From positions 620,001-684,000 of the forward strand of contig CAJFCJ010000011.1 in assembly GCA_904063045.1 (NCBI GenBank): 64,000 nt of DNA, given 5' to 3'. The notes beneath the pieces are model-generated. The model saw only the letters and a program-made list of their open reading frames with translations, ran no database searches and was not told where the DNA came from. Source of the DNA: Dimorphilus gyrociliatus. Its lineage: Eukaryota > Animalia > Annelida. This document shows, one piece after another, positions 61,324 through 64,000 of the stretch. The stretch's first letter is position 1, and the number at the start of each line of letters is the position of its first letter. Made by a program: the position numbers and the translations under genes.

Positions 61324-62430
61324 CGACGCCTTGCCAGATGCGTCCTATTGTACACGAGGCGTCTCTTTCTAGATATGATGCGAATACAAAATTTTTGGCC
61401 ACCAAAAGCGTCTCTTTGTGCGATCGGCGCCGTCTAATGCGTTCGAAATCTAGTTAGAATTGATTGAAAGAAAAAGAGCATGTGCGACGGAACGTGAAGG
61501 CGAAGAGGCGCCGTATGGGCGTTTCTTTTTGACGTAATTCGACTGCGATTTCGTCTGGTAATTGAATAACTGAATTTCTGTCGTTGAATTCGAGAATTTC
61601 GTCTTTCCTTGAGAATCAGTAATAGCTGATGACTGATAGAAGCTATCCTTTCTTTCCTCGCTCAGAATAATTTAATTTAAAATCAAACTGAGTTGCCGTT
61701 AACTTTTAAAAGAAATTTAAGATTTACAAATTGCTGGACAATAATACATATATTTATGCTATACTCCAGACTGTTTTAATGTCGTTAATTCACATTGCTA
61801 TTAATCAACGTCTAGAAAACTTGGTAGAATTCTCAAAGGCATTGGGTAGCTAAATTGGACAACTTAAAGAAAATCAATCTTGGAGGAGACTTTTTCTATT
61901 GTTAAATAATTTTGGATGATGTATCAAACTAACATTAAGGCCTCAATCACCAATTGAATACGTTTGATAATTAAATTTTCTTTTGATTAATTGTAACAAA
62001 GTTGTTAATTCTACTTTTATTAAAAGCATATAAACTTTTGGGTCACATGACATCTTATGGAAATTAGTCCATTTTTGCATGAATAAACAATTCGTGAGCA
62101 TCTGCTAAGGGATAACAAATCTGTTGCGGCATTTTAAAGTTATACTATCTTCATATCATTCATATTAGACTTTCAAATATTTTATAAGCACCTCATAAAA
62201 TTAAATTTTAAATTTGTAAACAACAGATATTGTGATAAAGTAGTAGTGAAAGTAGTAAATAGGCCTATTAGCTTTACGTATTATTATGTTTTGCACTTTC
62301 AGGAACAGGTAACAAAAACGAATGTTTTACTTTACATTTACATCTGAAAAACTTAAAAACAGCGAAGGTAATATTTTTTACATTCGTTCTGTTGTCACTT
62401 AACCTAAAAATCTCAGCCCTTGAAAACATC

Positions 62431-62445
62431 AGTGCCCTCTGGCGA
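62431..62445 (-). promoter_or_regulatory. Strong CTCF-like motif TCGCCAGAGGGCACT just upstream of the bHLH gene
   Basis: Near-consensus CTCF core on the minus strand. Confidence 0.55.
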
Positions 62446-62511
62446 TTGCCTCTTCGCAGTCTCATTTCACTTTCAGCTTTTCAACAGTAGAAGTGATTCA
62501 TACTCAGAGAA

Positions 62512-62931
62512 ATGTCTAACTTTCATTCTTCTTCTACTGATGAGTGCGATTTCGATGATATTATTGATCCATCATCTCCAGGTGGTTCGAAGAAACCTCG
62601 ACTAACGATAAATGCTAGAGAGAGACGTCGCATGCATGATTTGAACGATGCTCTTGATGACTTGAGAAGTGTTATTCCTTATGCCCACTCTCCGAATGTC
62701 AGAAAATTATCTAAAATTGCTACACTTCTTCTGGCAAAGAATTATATTTTGATGCAGGCAAACGCCCTGGAAGAATTAAGGCGGATGATTGGAGTGATGA
62801 ATGGAAATGTTGCTCTTGGTCTAGGAAATCAAACAAATTTAACGTCTTTTGGAGCGAATTTTGGTTTTCAAAGTTTAGAAACATCAGGAGATTTTAACAG
62901 ATGTGGAAAGAGAAGAAAAATTGACACCTAA
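62512..62931 (+). CDS. BHLHE22: Beta3/Olig-family bHLH transcription factor (BHLHE22/23, Drosophila Oli-like), intronless
   Basis: [62 protein letters not shown] is nearly identical to the Beta3 bHLH. Confidence 0.95.
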   Translation: MSNFHSSSTDECDFDDIIDPSSPGGSKKPRLTINARERRRMHDLNDALDDLRSVIPYAHSPNVRKLSKIATLLLAKNYILMQANALEELRRMIGVMNGNVALGLGNQTNLTSFGANFGFQSLETSGDFNRCGKRRKIDT

Positions 62932-64000
62932 TGTGTGTTCAAGGCTCAACTGATTATCTGCTTGATGTATCTTCATTCTAGCAAAAAAAAACAGAATATT
63001 CGTTTCCCTAAATGTATTAAAGGACTGTAAATTACATTTTATTGTTATCTTGAAAAAAAAACGTGTTGCAGGCAATAAAGTGTTGCATTTTGTATTATTC
63101 GGATAATAAATATATCAGACATACACCCAATATTATATTTTAACGCAAAAATATCATAGTAATTGAATGCTTGGTATTTCTGAGCTATCTGTATAATATT
63201 TTTACATGTATAATGGCTGTAATCTCCTATTCTCTTTCATACATACATTATTTACTTTTAAGATGTCTTTGTTGACTTTCAGAAAGATTCAATTTTAGGA
63301 AAACAATTTAAATTATGTTACTTTCATTTTCTGTGTTGTATTGAATTCTCCTTTGTATAAATAATGATATAGATGGCGTTATTCATCTACTACAGATCTG
63401 GGGTAGAAAAGCATAAACATACTTAAAATTGAAACGATAGTGAGACGTCAAAATGTTTTAGTAATATTTTAAAAACGTTTGAGGCGTTATAAAAACTCTA
63501 TAAAAAATTTAAGTAAGTCAAATTCAAGCAGATGAAACTGAAATTTGATGACAAGATCTGGGAATATTCTTTTGTATACTTATAAAGCAATGGTCGTGTA
63601 AGAGAAAACTTCGAATAGCAGGTTTGACAATTTTAAACTAAATCAGTTCTTATAAAGTTTTAGATAACTCAAACTGCAATAGCAATATCAAATCTATGAC
63701 ATGAGTTAACACAAAATTAAACTGTTTTATTAAATCTGTAGCTTTATTGCCAATAGACACAGGCGCAGAATCTTAGAACAAAAGTTATAATAAATTTTAA
63801 TAAATTAATATTATAAATATAATTGGAAACTTATGAAGATTTAGCAAGTTAGTAGTTAAATTTTTCATGCTTACATCCCAAAATAAGTTTAATCGATAGA
63901 AAGCTGGAAAGTAGGACTACTAAAGGAATGTTTATTTTAATATTAATACGATTTACTACATATAAACACAACGAAAATGAAATATTAAGTCTAAGTTTAG

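Noticed and set aside
1-64000. tRNA, rRNA, snRNA, CRISPR arrays, transposon ORFs or terminal repeats, prokaryotic operons
   Set aside because: No T-loop/anticodon cloverleaf, rRNA or snRNA signature, spaced direct repeats, or RT/transposase motifs seen; the intron-containing genes show the DNA is eukaryotic.

Overview
Eukaryotic (animal) genomic DNA: AT-rich and gene-dense, with mostly ~45-70 nt GT-AG introns. This fits a compact invertebrate genome; a lophotrochozoan such as the miniature annelid Dimorphilus is my inference, not something the sequence proves. The window has two zones. 1-40.3 kb is tightly packed: MLF, UBXN10-like, SUCO, TRMT6, TANGO6, BAHD1, two tandem astacin metalloproteases with different accessory domains, an intronless signal-peptide/KDEL ER protein, CMTR1, TAMM41, MRPS11, TTC8/BBS8 and three orphan ORFs. 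40.3-64 kb is gene-sparse: kindlin (4.7-kb first intron), a CES-2/Giant-like PAR-family bZIP, fuseless and a Beta3/Olig bHLH, separated by CpG-rich non-coding patches. Most notable observations: a dense cluster of bZIP sites (TTACGTCA/TTACGCAA) around the bZIP gene; a CAGATG E-box cluster shared by the divergent fuseless/Beta3 pair; an array of CTCF-like motifs; an astacin-EGF-CUB-VWA-mucin-MAM protease; and a probable catalytically dead 2OG-oxygenase-like KDEL protein. I found no rRNA, tRNA, CRISPR array or recognisable transposon. Exon structures were assembled by hand from GT/AG sites and reading-frame continuity and need RNA-seq confirmation.
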